A stretch of 64,000 nt of DNA from Nitrosarchaeum sp. Lineage in GTDB: Archaea > Thermoproteota > Nitrososphaeria > Nitrososphaerales > Nitrosopumilaceae. A program made the translations under genes and the position numbers. The stretch is from positions 416,001 through 480,000 of the forward strand of contig OZ245020.1 in the NCBI GenBank assembly GCA_965223865.1, given 5' to 3'. Every line of letters starts with the position of its first letter. Positions within the stretch are counted from its first letter, which is position 1. Positions 47,751-58,310 of the stretch are shown here, piece by piece. Below the pieces are notes generated by a model. It did not search any database, was not told the DNA's origin, and was given only the letters and a program-made list of their open reading frames with translations.

Positions 47751-48497
47751 TTGACTTTCGATAAAGGTTCATTGATACTTGTAGACTATACTGCTAAAGT
47801 AAAGGATACTGAAGAAATTTTTGATACCACTATCGAAGAAGAGGCAAAAACACATTCAATCCATGAATCAAATGTAAAGTATCAACCAAAACTTGTTTCA
47901 ATTGGTGAAGTTTCTTATCCTGTCCTCAAAGGACTTGATGAAGCACTAACAAAAACATCTGTTGGGGACAAACTTACTGTCGAAGTTACTCCGGACAAGG
48001 GATTTGGTGAAAGAGATTCAGGTAAAGTTAGAATGATTCCAATCAGAAAACTTGGTGAAGATGCAGAAAAAGTTTCCGTAGGTGACACAATAGAGATTGA
48101 CAACAAAAGAGGAATTGTAAGATTCATTGGTTCAGGAAGGGTTCAAATTGATTATAACCACAAGTATGCAGGAAAAACTATTCTTTATGATGTTAATGTA
48201 AAAAAATCCCTTGATTCTTCAAATGACAAGATAGAAGGAATTTTACAAAATAGATTACCCTTGGAAAACTCAAAAATAAATTTTGAATTAAAAAATAATG
48301 AAGTCAACATTACCATTCCAGAAGAAATTTTGAGAGCAGATGGATTACAAATTATGAAACACTTTATCCAATTAGATATCTTCAAGTTTGTCCCATCTTT
48401 AGAGAAAATCAATTTTGTAGAGACATACCTAAACAAACAAACTCAAAAGAAAACTGAAACTACAGAACAAAAAGCTCCTGAACCTAAAGCAGCATAA
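47751..48497 (+). CDS. FKBP-type peptidyl-prolyl isomerase (long archaeal type)
   Basis: FDTT, GLDEAL, GFGERD, DYNHKYAGK. Confidence 0.93.
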   Translation: MTFDKGSLILVDYTAKVKDTEEIFDTTIEEEAKTHSIHESNVKYQPKLVSIGEVSYPVLKGLDEALTKTSVGDKLTVEVTPDKGFGERDSGKVRMIPIRKLGEDAEKVSVGDTIEIDNKRGIVRFIGSGRVQIDYNHKYAGKTILYDVNVKKSLDSSNDKIEGILQNRLPLENSKINFELKNNEVNITIPEEILRADGLQIMKHFIQLDIFKFVPSLEKINFVETYLNKQTQKKTETTEQKAPEPKAA

Positions 48498-48498
48498 A

Positions 48499-49563
48499 TC
48501 AAATTACTTTAGTACTTTTTGCTAGATTTAATGCAATTCTTTCTGTCATTTTAATTTCTTTGAGTATGGTGTATCGTTCAGGCCTCAAATTTTGTGCACT
48601 CATTAATGCATCTATCACTTCTTTGTCTTTTAGGCCAATTTGCTTTGCAGTTGTTGGTGCACCAACTTCTTTTAATGTCTTGACAATTTTTTTCCAGTTT
48701 TGTCCCTGTAACTTTGCCATCATTATTGATCCAATTCCACATTTTTCACCATGTAAGCCTTTTTCAGGTGCAATTTTGTCTAATGCATGAGAAAAAAGAT
48801 GCTCAGCTCCAGAACATGGTCTACTGCTTCCTGCTATGCAAGAGGCAACACCTGCACTAATTAATGCCTCAACAATAACTCTAGCATCTAATCCCTTTTT
48901 GGCAAACTTTTTAGAATTCTCAAAAACTATCTTGGCACTCATCATCGATAAATCAGCTGAGTACATACCATAATATTCTCCAGTTTTTTCATGACCTAAC
49001 TGCCAATCTTTGACTGCAATCATATTTGCTATCAAATCTCCACATCCACTGGACAGAAGCTTTGTCGGAGCTTTTTTGATAATATCAATATCTACAAAAA
49101 CCCCTAGAGGTGCTGTGGCAACCATTGAATGAGGCTTGTCACTTTTTATGGACACAAAGGGACTTGCCATCCCGTCATGTGAAGCTGCAGTTGGAACACT
49201 CACAAATGGAATATCTAGGTTAAATGCAACCATTTTTGCAGTATCTACTGAGCGTCCTCCTCCTAGTCCAGCAATAAGATCGCTACGATCTTTTTTTACA
49301 TCTTTTTGGATCTGATTCAGAGTTTCTATCTTGTTATCTTTTGAGGTATGCCAAGTAAAAGCAATTTTTTTTCTTTTTAACGACCTTTCAATTTGTTGTT
49401 TGAAAATTTTTTTAACATGAATTCCAGAAATTAATGAAACTTTTTTTGGCTTGTTTAATGAAAGTACAAACTCCCCAAATTCACCAATATTTTTATCACC
49501 AATTACAATCAGCCTGGGCAGTTCCATCGTATGAGATTGCATGCGATCTTGCTTTGTTATCAT
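48499..49563 (-). CDS. egsA: sn-glycerol-1-phosphate dehydrogenase
   Basis: GGGRSVDTAK, PTAASHDG, SRPCSGAEH, LHGE. Confidence 0.96.
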   Translation of the reverse strand: MITKQDRMQSHTMELPRLIVIGDKNIGEFGEFVLSLNKPKKVSLISGIHVKKIFKQQIERSLKRKKIAFTWHTSKDNKIETLNQIQKDVKKDRSDLIAGLGGGRSVDTAKMVAFNLDIPFVSVPTAASHDGMASPFVSIKSDKPHSMVATAPLGVFVDIDIIKKAPTKLLSSGCGDLIANMIAVKDWQLGHEKTGEYYGMYSADLSMMSAKIVFENSKKFAKKGLDARVIVEALISAGVASCIAGSSRPCSGAEHLFSHALDKIAPEKGLHGEKCGIGSIMMAKLQGQNWKKIVKTLKEVGAPTTAKQIGLKDKEVIDALMSAQNLRPERYTILKEIKMTERIALNLAKSTKVI

Positions 49564-49631
49564 TATTTATCATTTGAAGGGATCAAAAAGTTATTTAAAA
49601 GGGTGTCATGCCACTTAGATCATCTCTATAG

Positions 49632-50273
49632 GTGTATTTTTTGTCAAATAACGTTGAAGAAAAAATTCTGCACGGGACAACCACTGTAGGTATCAAGGCT
49701 AAGGACGGCATAGTCTTATGTGCTGACATGAGAGCTAGTGCTGGCTATTTTATTGCAAATAACAATACAATGAAAATTCAAAAAATTGATGATCATGCAG
49801 GACTAACCCTAGCAGGTGGAGTAGCTGATGCTCAAAATATTGTCGATATTCTTCGTTACCATTCCAATCTACATAGAGTAGAAAAACAAGAACCAATTGC
49901 AATTCATTCTCTTGCAAGACTTTGTTCACTCATCTTTCACCAAAATCGTGGTTATCCGTTTATGGCAGATATCTTGATAGGTGGTTATGACTCAAATGGA
50001 CCTGCATTATTCAACGTTGACATGTTTGGTTCAGTTGAAGCAAAAAACTATGTAACAACAGGAAGTGGTTCTCCTGTTGCATATGGTACGTTAGAGGAGG
50101 AATATAGTCCTGATCTAACTATCGAAGAAGCAAAGAAAGTTGCTCTTAAGGCAGTAAAAGCAGCAATCGTAAGAAATATTGGAACTGGTGACGGAATTAA
50201 CGTTGCCATCATGGATAAAGACGGATTCCGTCTATTAACCAATGAACAAAAGAAAGCAATTATAGAACTTTAG
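49632..50273 (+). CDS. psmB: proteasome beta subunit
   Basis: GTTTVG N-terminal Thr, GSGS. Confidence 0.96.
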   Translation: MYFLSNNVEEKILHGTTTVGIKAKDGIVLCADMRASAGYFIANNNTMKIQKIDDHAGLTLAGGVADAQNIVDILRYHSNLHRVEKQEPIAIHSLARLCSLIFHQNRGYPFMADILIGGYDSNGPALFNVDMFGSVEAKNYVTTGSGSPVAYGTLEEEYSPDLTIEEAKKVALKAVKAAIVRNIGTGDGINVAIMDKDGFRLLTNEQKKAIIEL

Positions 50274-50280
50274 TGATTTA

Positions 50281-52218
50281 ATGCAACGAAAACAGCAACA
50301 AAAAGAAATACCTTCTAGCCAAAATATAATGGCCACCATACTGCAAAGTATTCCAAAAGAAGCAAATGTAACTAAAATTGAATATGAAGGACCACGAATA
50401 GCACTTTACACTAATGCACCTCGTTATTTGATGGAAAATAACGAAAAAATTTCTAATCTTGTAAATATCATAAAAAAAAGAATTGTAGTTAGAACAGACG
50501 AATCAATTCGTAAAACAGAAGAAGATGCTAGGAAAATCCTTACAGAATGTATTCCAAAGGATGCTAACTTTCAAGGTGCATTCTTTGACACAGCTACAGG
50601 TGAAGTATCAATTGAAGCAAAAAGACCCTGGTTACTTCAAAGAGACGCAAAAGAATTCAATCATGCTGAAGTTACTGAAAAAATTGGTTGGAAGTTAAGA
50701 ATACGAAAAGCAACAACAATCCCTTCTCGTACAATTCAAACAATAAATTCAAACCTAAAACTTTCATCAGCTGAGAGAAGTAAGCAATTCAGACAGATTG
50801 GAGATGAAATTTTTAGGCCGAGATTGGCGCAAAAATCCGAGGTTTCTCTTCTAACCCTAGGAGGCTTTGGTCAGGTAGGAAGATCCTGCATGTTATTATC
50901 CACACCTGAAAGCAAAATCCTAGTAGACTGTGGAATTAATCCGGGGGCAAAACATCCAATGGATGCATTTCCAAGACTAGATTGGGCAAATATTACCCTT
51001 GATGAACTTGATGCAATAGTAATAGGACATGCCCATTTAGATCATACGGGATTTTTGCCAGCCTTGTGTAAATATGGGTATAAGGGACCAATCTATTGCA
51101 CTGAACCAACACTACCCATGATGAATCTAATTCAATTAGATGCAATCAAAGTTGCTGCTGCTCAAGGAAGAACACCAATGTATGCTGAAAGAGATGTAAA
51201 ACAAATCATGAAGCAAGCTATAACCTTACCTTATGGAACCGTAACAGACATCTCTCCTGATATTAAACTCGTTCTTGCAAATGCCGGCCACATACTTGGT
51301 TCAGCATTATGTCATTTCCACATTGGAAATGGCGATCATAACTTTGTGTATTCTGGTGATATTAAATACGGAAAGAGTATTCTCTTTGAGGCGGCAAGTT
51401 GGAATTTCCCAAGAGTTGAAACACTTCTAGTTGAGAGCACTTATGGCGCAAAAGAAGACATTCAGCCATCAAGACAAGAGGTTGAATCTGCTTTCATTAA
51501 TGCAGTAAACAATACACTTGCTGATGGCGGCAAAGTTCTCATACCAATTCCTGCAGTAGGTCGTGCTCAAGAGATCATGATGGTAATAGATCACTACATG
51601 AAATCAGGAGAAATGGTAGAAGCTCCTGTTTTTACTGAGGGAATGATTTCAGAGGCATCTGCAATTCATGAAGCATACCCTGAATATCTTGCAAGAGAAC
51701 TAAAACAAAAAATCCTTGAAACAGATGACAATCCTTTTGATTCTGAATACTTTACAAATATAGAACATGCAGATGCAAGAGAAGAACCAATGAGAGACAA
51801 CTCTCCTTGTATAATTTTGGCAACATCTGGTATGCTTGAAGGAGGACCTGTTTTAGAATACTTCAAAAACATTGCTCCTGATGAAAAAAACAAGGTACTT
51901 TTTGTTTCATATCAAGTGAATGGAACTTTAGGTAGAAGAGTTTTAGATGGTTCAAAACAAGTTTCAATGTTAGGCAAAGAAGGAAAAGTTGAGGTTATTA
52001 CAATAAACTGTGGAGTTGAAAAACTAGATGGATTCAGTGGACACAGTGATTATAATCAACTGATGTCTTTCGTCCAGAAACTAAGACCCAAGCTTCGTAG
52101 AGTTCTTGTCAATCACGGAGAACGAAAAAAATCAGAGAATCTTGCAATGAATATAAGAAGAATGTATAGAGTTCCAGCTCACTATCCACAAATCCAAGAA
52201 GCAATAAAATTATTTTAG
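50281..52218 (+). CDS. beta-CASP ribonuclease aCPSF1 (FttA)
   Basis: N-terminal KH region, HAHLDH, AGHILG, FSGHSD, HGE. Confidence 0.96.
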   Translation: MQRKQQQKEIPSSQNIMATILQSIPKEANVTKIEYEGPRIALYTNAPRYLMENNEKISNLVNIIKKRIVVRTDESIRKTEEDARKILTECIPKDANFQGAFFDTATGEVSIEAKRPWLLQRDAKEFNHAEVTEKIGWKLRIRKATTIPSRTIQTINSNLKLSSAERSKQFRQIGDEIFRPRLAQKSEVSLLTLGGFGQVGRSCMLLSTPESKILVDCGINPGAKHPMDAFPRLDWANITLDELDAIVIGHAHLDHTGFLPALCKYGYKGPIYCTEPTLPMMNLIQLDAIKVAAAQGRTPMYAERDVKQIMKQAITLPYGTVTDISPDIKLVLANAGHILGSALCHFHIGNGDHNFVYSGDIKYGKSILFEAASWNFPRVETLLVESTYGAKEDIQPSRQEVESAFINAVNNTLADGGKVLIPIPAVGRAQEIMMVIDHYMKSGEMVEAPVFTEGMISEASAIHEAYPEYLARELKQKILETDDNPFDSEYFTNIEHADAREEPMRDNSPCIILATSGMLEGGPVLEYFKNIAPDEKNKVLFVSYQVNGTLGRRVLDGSKQVSMLGKEGKVEVITINCGVEKLDGFSGHSDYNQLMSFVQKLRPKLRRVLVNHGERKKSENLAMNIRRMYRVPAHYPQIQEAIKLF

Positions 52219-52488
52219 ATCATATTCTGGTTTCCAGATTTTAATATTTGATGGTGCTACAATTATTCTCTCTTCACCTAACCTTGCAATATCGGCACCG
52301 GCAGTCTTTGCTATAGAATACAGCTCTTCTACAACTTTTCGTAGTTGCTCTACATCTTTTTGGGCCAAAGGCGTAACCCTTAGAATTAAAATCATTTCTT
52401 TTTTGATGTCTTCTTTGATTGAATGCACATCACTAATGTCACGAATAGTAATTGCTTTCAAATATGTTGGATTTTCCTGCTTTTGCAT
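52210..52488 (-). CDS. sepF: SepF-like protein
   Basis: DIARLGEERIIVAP. Confidence 0.8.
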   Translation of the reverse strand: MQKQENPTYLKAITIRDISDVHSIKEDIKKEMILILRVTPLAQKDVEQLRKVVEELYSIAKTAGADIARLGEERIIVAPSNIKIWKPEYDLK

Positions 52489-52561
52489 CCTTGAGGAAAA
52501 TGTGATCTACTCCCTCAAAAACTCTTCCTTAGCTTCGGCTATTTTTTTAAAAAATTTACGC

Positions 52562-53614
52562 CTAAATTCTAAATTTAATGTAATCTTCTTCTTTGGCACC
52601 CTGAGTTAAGATTTCTTCTTTGAAATTTTTCGTATTAGAGACTACATATGCTTGTTTGTCTTTTGGAGCATCAGAATACCTTAGAGTTACAGATACTGCA
52701 AATGAAATATGACTTGATGCATTTTTTCCACGTAATATAGAGACTGGTCCAACATGATCACGTGCTTCAAGTAAAATATCATCAGGTAATGCTACCGCTT
52801 TAATGATTTCATTTTCATCTTTGTTTCTTCCAACAACAAATTTAGTTTCTTCATCTAATCTAAAATGCCTTCCAATTTTTAGCAAATCAATATCATTAAT
52901 TGTTGGAGTCTCAGTATGTTCAAACAAATCTTTTGCCTTTATTCCAAAAGCTGGATCAGTTAAGAGACACCCACCACCAGCATTTGGTGGATTTTCTATT
53001 CCATACTTTTTTGCCATTTCTAATTGTGCTCGTCTTGTTCTTCCTTTGATCATTCCGAGGTTTTCTCTTTTGATTAATCCCCCTTTTTCTGGATCGGTTT
53101 CTGGTAACAAACCAGCAGATAATGGTCTGACAATTTTTCCAACAAGTCCAGATTCTTTTTCAATAGTCCTTAGAGCAGGTGCATGCTGACTCATTGGTCT
53201 TTGTCCTAAAACTTCACCTGAAATAATAAACTCTGCACCAATCTCTTTCATGTGTTTTTTTGCAGCTTCAAACATCATAGACCTGCAATCTACACACGGA
53301 TTGAATCCTGCACCTGTACCATATTTTGGATTTTTTAGCATCTCAATATATTCATCACCAAGATAAACTGTTTTTAGATTAACATTGAGTTCATCAGATC
53401 TTTCTCGAATCTCAAAACCACAACCCCTACCACAATCAAAGTCACAAAATGGGGTCTTTATTGCAACTGCTGAAACATCAAAACCTTGCTCCTGCATCAT
53501 TCTAACGGCAAGCTGACTATCCAATCCTCCTGAAAGCAAAGCAACTACTTTCTTTTTTTCCTCAGTCACAATTTCAAAGCAAAAAATCGCATATACAAAC
53601 TTTGCATCATACAT
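52562..53614 (-). CDS. PP-loop tRNA thiouridylase-like protein (ThiI/MnmA-like) with C-terminal DUF814-like domain
   Basis: SGGLDS, NPCVDCR, GEVLGQRPMSQ, GGCLLTD, GRHFR. Confidence 0.85.
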   Translation of the reverse strand: MYDAKFVYAIFCFEIVTEEKKKVVALLSGGLDSQLAVRMMQEQGFDVSAVAIKTPFCDFDCGRGCGFEIRERSDELNVNLKTVYLGDEYIEMLKNPKYGTGAGFNPCVDCRSMMFEAAKKHMKEIGAEFIISGEVLGQRPMSQHAPALRTIEKESGLVGKIVRPLSAGLLPETDPEKGGLIKRENLGMIKGRTRRAQLEMAKKYGIENPPNAGGGCLLTDPAFGIKAKDLFEHTETPTINDIDLLKIGRHFRLDEETKFVVGRNKDENEIIKAVALPDDILLEARDHVGPVSILRGKNASSHISFAVSVTLRYSDAPKDKQAYVVSNTKNFKEEILTQGAKEEDYIKFRI

Positions 53615-53640
53615 AAATTAAGAATACACAAAACTGTCTC

Positions 53641-54705
53641 GTGAAACAGCGAAGAAAAAACCTCCTTAAATTTGCCAAGAAAATAAACTGTGACACACTA
53701 GTTACTTTTGAGCCTGAAAATCTATTTTACATGACAGGATTTTGGGGTGAGGCAATTGGATTACTAGAAAAAAATGGAAAAACCACAATTATTACTCCTG
53801 AATTGGAAGTTGGGCGTGCAAAAGCAGAATCTGAAGACTGTGATGTAATTACTGCTGAACGGGGTACTGGGCTTATATCCTCACTGGTAAATAAAATCAA
53901 GAAAAATAGAGTATGCACTGACTGTCAGAACTACTCTGTAATGATGTCTCTGAAAAAATCAATTCCAAAAATAAAATCCTCTACTGAACCGTTTTACAAT
54001 TCTCGGATTCTCAAAGATGAAAAAGAAATTACAATTCTCAAAAAAGCTTCAAAAATAATTGATGAGATGTTTGAGATTTGCTCAAAAAAGATGAGAATTG
54101 GACAAAAAGAGACTGAACTCCAAGCAATTCTAATGTCTTATGCCATAAATCAGAAGATGTTTGACACTGGATACAAATCCACTCTCAACCCGCTTATAAT
54201 CGCAGGTGGACCAAATGGAGCATTACCACATGCACAGGTAACTGAAAGAAAATTCAAGAAAGGTGACCTTGTGGTAGTTGATCTTACACTTCGATACAAG
54301 GGATACGTCTCAGATGCCACAAGAACATTTGCGATAGGAAAAATTTCTCCATTAGCTGATCAAGCTTACGAAATTGTCAAAGAATCACAGAGACTTGGAT
54401 TAAAAGCCGTAAAACCTGGTAATGATTGTAAAAATGTAGATCTTACTTGCAGAAAATACATTGAAGATAAAAATTTTGGAAAATACTTTATTCATTCTAC
54501 CGGTCATGGTATAGGCCTTGAAGTTCACGAGTTACCAAACATATCATACAAAAGTCAAACCAAACTAGAAAAAAATATGGCAATTACAGTAGAACCTGGA
54601 ATTTACATTGAAAACAAATTTGGAATTAGAATTGAGGATTCATTAATTGTAAAAGAAAAGCCCATTGTAATGCACAAATTTACCAAAGATCTTGTTATAA
54701 TTTGA
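53641..54705 (+). CDS. Xaa-Pro aminopeptidase (M24)
   Basis: YVSDATRT, HSTGHGIGLEVHE, TVEPGIY, GIRIED. Confidence 0.95.
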   Translation: MKQRRKNLLKFAKKINCDTLVTFEPENLFYMTGFWGEAIGLLEKNGKTTIITPELEVGRAKAESEDCDVITAERGTGLISSLVNKIKKNRVCTDCQNYSVMMSLKKSIPKIKSSTEPFYNSRILKDEKEITILKKASKIIDEMFEICSKKMRIGQKETELQAILMSYAINQKMFDTGYKSTLNPLIIAGGPNGALPHAQVTERKFKKGDLVVVDLTLRYKGYVSDATRTFAIGKISPLADQAYEIVKESQRLGLKAVKPGNDCKNVDLTCRKYIEDKNFGKYFIHSTGHGIGLEVHELPNISYKSQTKLEKNMAITVEPGIYIENKFGIRIEDSLIVKEKPIVMHKFTKDLVII

Positions 54706-54707
54706 GC

Positions 54708-55199
54708 CTAGTCATAAAAGTCTACTAAATCAATAATGTGCTTTGACTCTGGATTATTCCCTTTAATCTCTCCAGTTTCTGCATTAACATTCCAATCATA
54801 ATTTAGCTCACCCTTATATGATTGAAAATTCAAAGTAACCTGATGGTCTTTTGATTCTGTAATGGTAACCAAAAGATTTACAGATGTTTTCTTGTTGTCA
54901 TAAATTTTTTCATCAGGATATTCTTCACTTATTTTATTTGATATTGCATCTAATACACTAAGACCCACGTCATTTGGCCCTTTGTAGGACATTAGAGTAT
55001 CTACAATCTTCCTCTCTTCTTCTGAGAGATTTTCTGGAAATTTACTTTGTAGATCTCCTTTGGTTAGTTCAGGAACAACAAAGACAACAATTAATGCAAT
55101 TACACCCAAGTAAATTGGAGCACGTTTTTTTACAAATTTTTTAAATTCAGATTCTTTTGCCTTTTCTTCTTTCTTTTTTGAACCTCTTGCCATGACCAT
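54708..55199 (-). CDS. membrane-anchored hypothetical protein
   Basis: Basic N-terminus, one TM helix; start moved to ATG 55199. Confidence 0.72.
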   Translation of the reverse strand: MVMARGSKKKEEKAKESEFKKFVKKRAPIYLGVIALIVVFVVPELTKGDLQSKFPENLSEEERKIVDTLMSYKGPNDVGLSVLDAISNKISEEYPDEKIYDNKKTSVNLLVTITESKDHQVTLNFQSYKGELNYDWNVNAETGEIKGNNPESKHIIDLVDFYD

Positions 55200-55201
55200 C
55201 A

Positions 55202-56056
55202 CTAGTTTTTTGCAGTTAAAATTAAAACTTCCCAAGGAAACTTGATTATTCCATTTCTTTTTGTATACTGATTGGTATTTTCTAGAACCTTTTCTTTCAA
55301 TTCCCTTTTTGTTTTTATTTCCAGGGAATCAAGTTTTTCCTTTAGGGGCTTTGCAACGTATTTTAGATAATTTCTCCAGTAATCTTCAAATTTTCCTGGA
55401 CTATACTTGAACACATAATCTTTTACTGATATGTTTGAAAATCCTGCTTTTTTTGCTTCCTTGCTAAGTGAAGATTTTGTTCCAAATCTATCCAAATTTG
55501 GAGATTCCGGGGGAACATAGTCTGGAATAAATTCCAAAACTGCATCAAGTATGTTGCTAAAAAATGGAACGTTATCTCTATTGCCATGAACTGAGATGCC
55601 TATCTTTCCATTTTTTTTCAGGCTGTTTTTCATGTTTTTAAGGGCTCTTTGTGCATTTGGAAAAAAGAACAGTGCATACTGACATGTAATTGCATCAAAG
55701 CATCTAGTAAAATTAAATTTCTCAGCATCCGTGTTTACAAAATCTAAATTTGATTTTGAATCATTCCATTTTTTTGCAATTTTGATTGCAGTAGCTGAAG
55801 TATCTACACCAACAACATATCCTGACTTTCCAATTCTTTGACTAATCTTTTTTGTGACTACTCCCGTACCACATGCAACATCCAAGATTGTATCCCCTTT
55901 TTTTAATTCCATTAATTGAACTAGTTTTGATGTACTCTGAAAAGGTCCATCATTGATACTAGCCCATCTTTTATGATACCTAGGCGCTACCTCATTCCAG
56001 ATACTCATGTTCCTTTGCTTGTATTGTATCTGATTGAATCTCATTTTACATTTCAT
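55202..56056 (-). CDS. class I SAM-dependent methyltransferase (UbiE-like)
   Basis: ILDVACGTG, VGVD, DAE. Confidence 0.9.
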   Translation of the reverse strand: MKCKMRFNQIQYKQRNMSIWNEVAPRYHKRWASINDGPFQSTSKLVQLMELKKGDTILDVACGTGVVTKKISQRIGKSGYVVGVDTSATAIKIAKKWNDSKSNLDFVNTDAEKFNFTRCFDAITCQYALFFFPNAQRALKNMKNSLKKNGKIGISVHGNRDNVPFFSNILDAVLEFIPDYVPPESPNLDRFGTKSSLSKEAKKAGFSNISVKDYVFKYSPGKFEDYWRNYLKYVAKPLKEKLDSLEIKTKRELKEKVLENTNQYTKRNGIIKFPWEVLILTAKN

Positions 56057-56073
56057 CTCTTAATTTATGCAAT

Positions 56074-56226
56074 TTAATCTGATTCTAACTGCCGACCTGT
56101 TTCATGATAATACCTATGCTGAAGCTCTCCTAACTTTTCAACATATTTTTTACTGTATGATTTTTTCAACTTTATCTTAATTCCTTTATACTCTGCAACA
56201 AGTTTTCGAAGCTCTGATTTTTTCAA
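56074..56226 (-). CDS. 50-aa basic microprotein (TTG start)
   Basis: Manual translation MKKSELRKLVAEYKGIKIKLKKSYSKKYVEKLGELQHRYYHETGRQLESD; starts 1 nt after the coaBC stop. Confidence 0.65.
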   Translation of the reverse strand: MKKSELRKLVAEYKGIKIKLKKSYSKKYVEKLGELQHRYYHETGRQLESD

Positions 56227-56227
56227 T

Positions 56228-57487
56228 TTACTTTTTCAATTGATTTTCTAGTTCTCTTCTGATAAACTTTGCAATTTTTTGCTTTTTTACCCAACCTGAT
56301 GAACTTACTTTTTTTGAATTTACAATAATTACCTCATTGTTGTCTGGATTTTTTCTATACCTTGTACTGCCAATATCATTAGCTACTATCAAATCTGCTT
56401 CTGATTCGACCATCTTCTTTTTTGCTTCATTAATCAAATCTTTTTTTGATAAATTTGTCTCTGCTTTGAATCCAATCAAAAGGACATCTTTTTGGATTTT
56501 TTTTACTTGATTGATAATTTTGGGGGTTTTTTTGAGGCTAACTTCTAGCGTACTTTGGGAGCTTTTGATCTTCTTTTTACTTGGCTTTTCAGGAGTATAG
56601 TCTGCAGCTGCTGCCGCCATAATTACAACATCAAGTTTTTTCTTCATTGTTTTTTTTACTGCATCAAACATTTCTTTGCCAGTTGAAACCCTAATCACTT
56701 TAGCTCCTTTGGGTGGTTTTTCTGTGCCGGGCCCATAAACCAAGGTTACTTTGGCCCCTGCTGAAATTAATTCCTTAGCTAATAACACTCCTGTTTTGCC
56801 TGAACTCTGATTAGTTATCACCCTTACAGGATCAATGTATTCTATTGTTGGACCTGCAGTCATTAGCACTTTTTTATTTTTTAATTCAGATGAAAATCCA
56901 AACTTCCTTAACACATGATCTAAGACATCTTCAGGCTCTGGAGCTTTTGCTTTTCCTTCAATCATTTGTGGACTAAGAAATTGGATTTTTCTTTTTAGAA
57001 AATCTATGTTCTTTTTTACTGCAGAATTATCATACATTGATTCATGCATAGCAAGACACATCAGAATTGGAATCTTTGATCCAAATCCTACCGTAAGAAC
57101 CGTAGATATTGGAGTATCATCAATACCATTTGCAAGTTTTCCAAGAGTATTTGCTGTAGCTGGATATACTATTATCAAGTCTGATTGATTATAATCTGCC
57201 AATCTGATGTGTTCTAATTCGCCAGTAAGTTTTGAAATGACTTTATTTCCAGTTGCCCATTTGAAATAATCTGGTTGAACGAGTTTGGTAACTGCACTAC
57301 TAGCTACACATGTAACATTTGCACCATGTCTCATCAATAGTCTGGCTAACTCAATTGCTTTGTATGCAGCAACGCTTCCTGCAACGCAAAGAACTATTCT
57401 TTTACCTGTTAATTCAACACCATGAGAAAAAACAATATCTAATGAAGGATGATCGTTTTTTGAGATTTTTTTAGCTACCAATTTCAT
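56228..57487 (-). CDS. coaBC: phosphopantothenoylcysteine decarboxylase/synthetase
   Basis: GSVAAYK, PATAN, DPVRVITNQSSGKTG, GFKAET. Confidence 0.96.
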   Translation of the reverse strand: MKLVAKKISKNDHPSLDIVFSHGVELTGKRIVLCVAGSVAAYKAIELARLLMRHGANVTCVASSAVTKLVQPDYFKWATGNKVISKLTGELEHIRLADYNQSDLIIVYPATANTLGKLANGIDDTPISTVLTVGFGSKIPILMCLAMHESMYDNSAVKKNIDFLKRKIQFLSPQMIEGKAKAPEPEDVLDHVLRKFGFSSELKNKKVLMTAGPTIEYIDPVRVITNQSSGKTGVLLAKELISAGAKVTLVYGPGTEKPPKGAKVIRVSTGKEMFDAVKKTMKKKLDVVIMAAAAADYTPEKPSKKKIKSSQSTLEVSLKKTPKIINQVKKIQKDVLLIGFKAETNLSKKDLINEAKKKMVESEADLIVANDIGSTRYRKNPDNNEVIIVNSKKVSSSGWVKKQKIAKFIRRELENQLKK

Positions 57488-58310
57488 CTCGTAATTTTTT
57501 TAGCTCTTCTTTTTCCATTGAAAACCAATTCTCTTGGGCAGGAAATGTTCCTGATTCTATGTCAGTTTTGTATTTTTTTAGGGACTCTACGATATCTTCA
57601 GATAAATTCATGTATCTTTTTGCAAATTTTGGTTTTATCTTATCATACATACCAAGTAAATCTTGAACCACAAGAACTTGACCGTTACATCCGGCACCTG
57701 AACCAATACCTATAGTTGGCACACTGATAGTTTCAGAAATTATTTCTGTCACTTCATGGCTTATCATTTCTAATGCAATACTGAAAACTCCAGCTTCTTC
57801 AAGCTTCTTTGCGTCTTGAATTAATTTCATGGCTGTATCTTTTGTTTTTCCCTGAACTTTGTATCCTTCTGATAACATTGTTGTTTGTGGTTGTAAACCA
57901 ATGTGACCCATTACAGGAATTCCAATATCAACAATTGCACTAATTGTTTCAGCCATTGGAGATCCTCCTTCAAGTTTTATGGCGTCTGCTCCTGCTTTAA
58001 CCAGTCGTCCAGAATTTCTTATTGCATCATCAACACTTACTTGATATGACATAAAAGGCAAGTCTGCAACTAACAAAGAATTCTGTCGTGCTCTACTAAC
58101 TGCTTCAGTAAACATACACATCTGTTCCATTGTTACAGGAATTGTATTTTCATATCCCAGCATTACCATACCAGCACTATCACCAACAAGTAATACATCA
58201 ATTCCAGCTTTATCACACAATGATGCTAAAGTATAATCATAACTTGTAATGACTGAGATTTTTTCTCCAGTTTTTTTCATTTTAATAATGTCTTGAACTG
58301 ATTTATGCAA
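57471..58310 (-). CDS. panB: 3-methyl-2-oxobutanoate hydroxymethyltransferase
   Basis: LVGDS, KLEGG, GHIGLQPQ, IGIGSG. Confidence 0.97.
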   Translation of the reverse strand: MHKSVQDIIKMKKTGEKISVITSYDYTLASLCDKAGIDVLLVGDSAGMVMLGYENTIPVTMEQMCMFTEAVSRARQNSLLVADLPFMSYQVSVDDAIRNSGRLVKAGADAIKLEGGSPMAETISAIVDIGIPVMGHIGLQPQTTMLSEGYKVQGKTKDTAMKLIQDAKKLEEAGVFSIALEMISHEVTEIISETISVPTIGIGSGAGCNGQVLVVQDLLGMYDKIKPKFAKRYMNLSEDIVESLKKYKTDIESGTFPAQENWFSMEKEELKKLRDEIGS

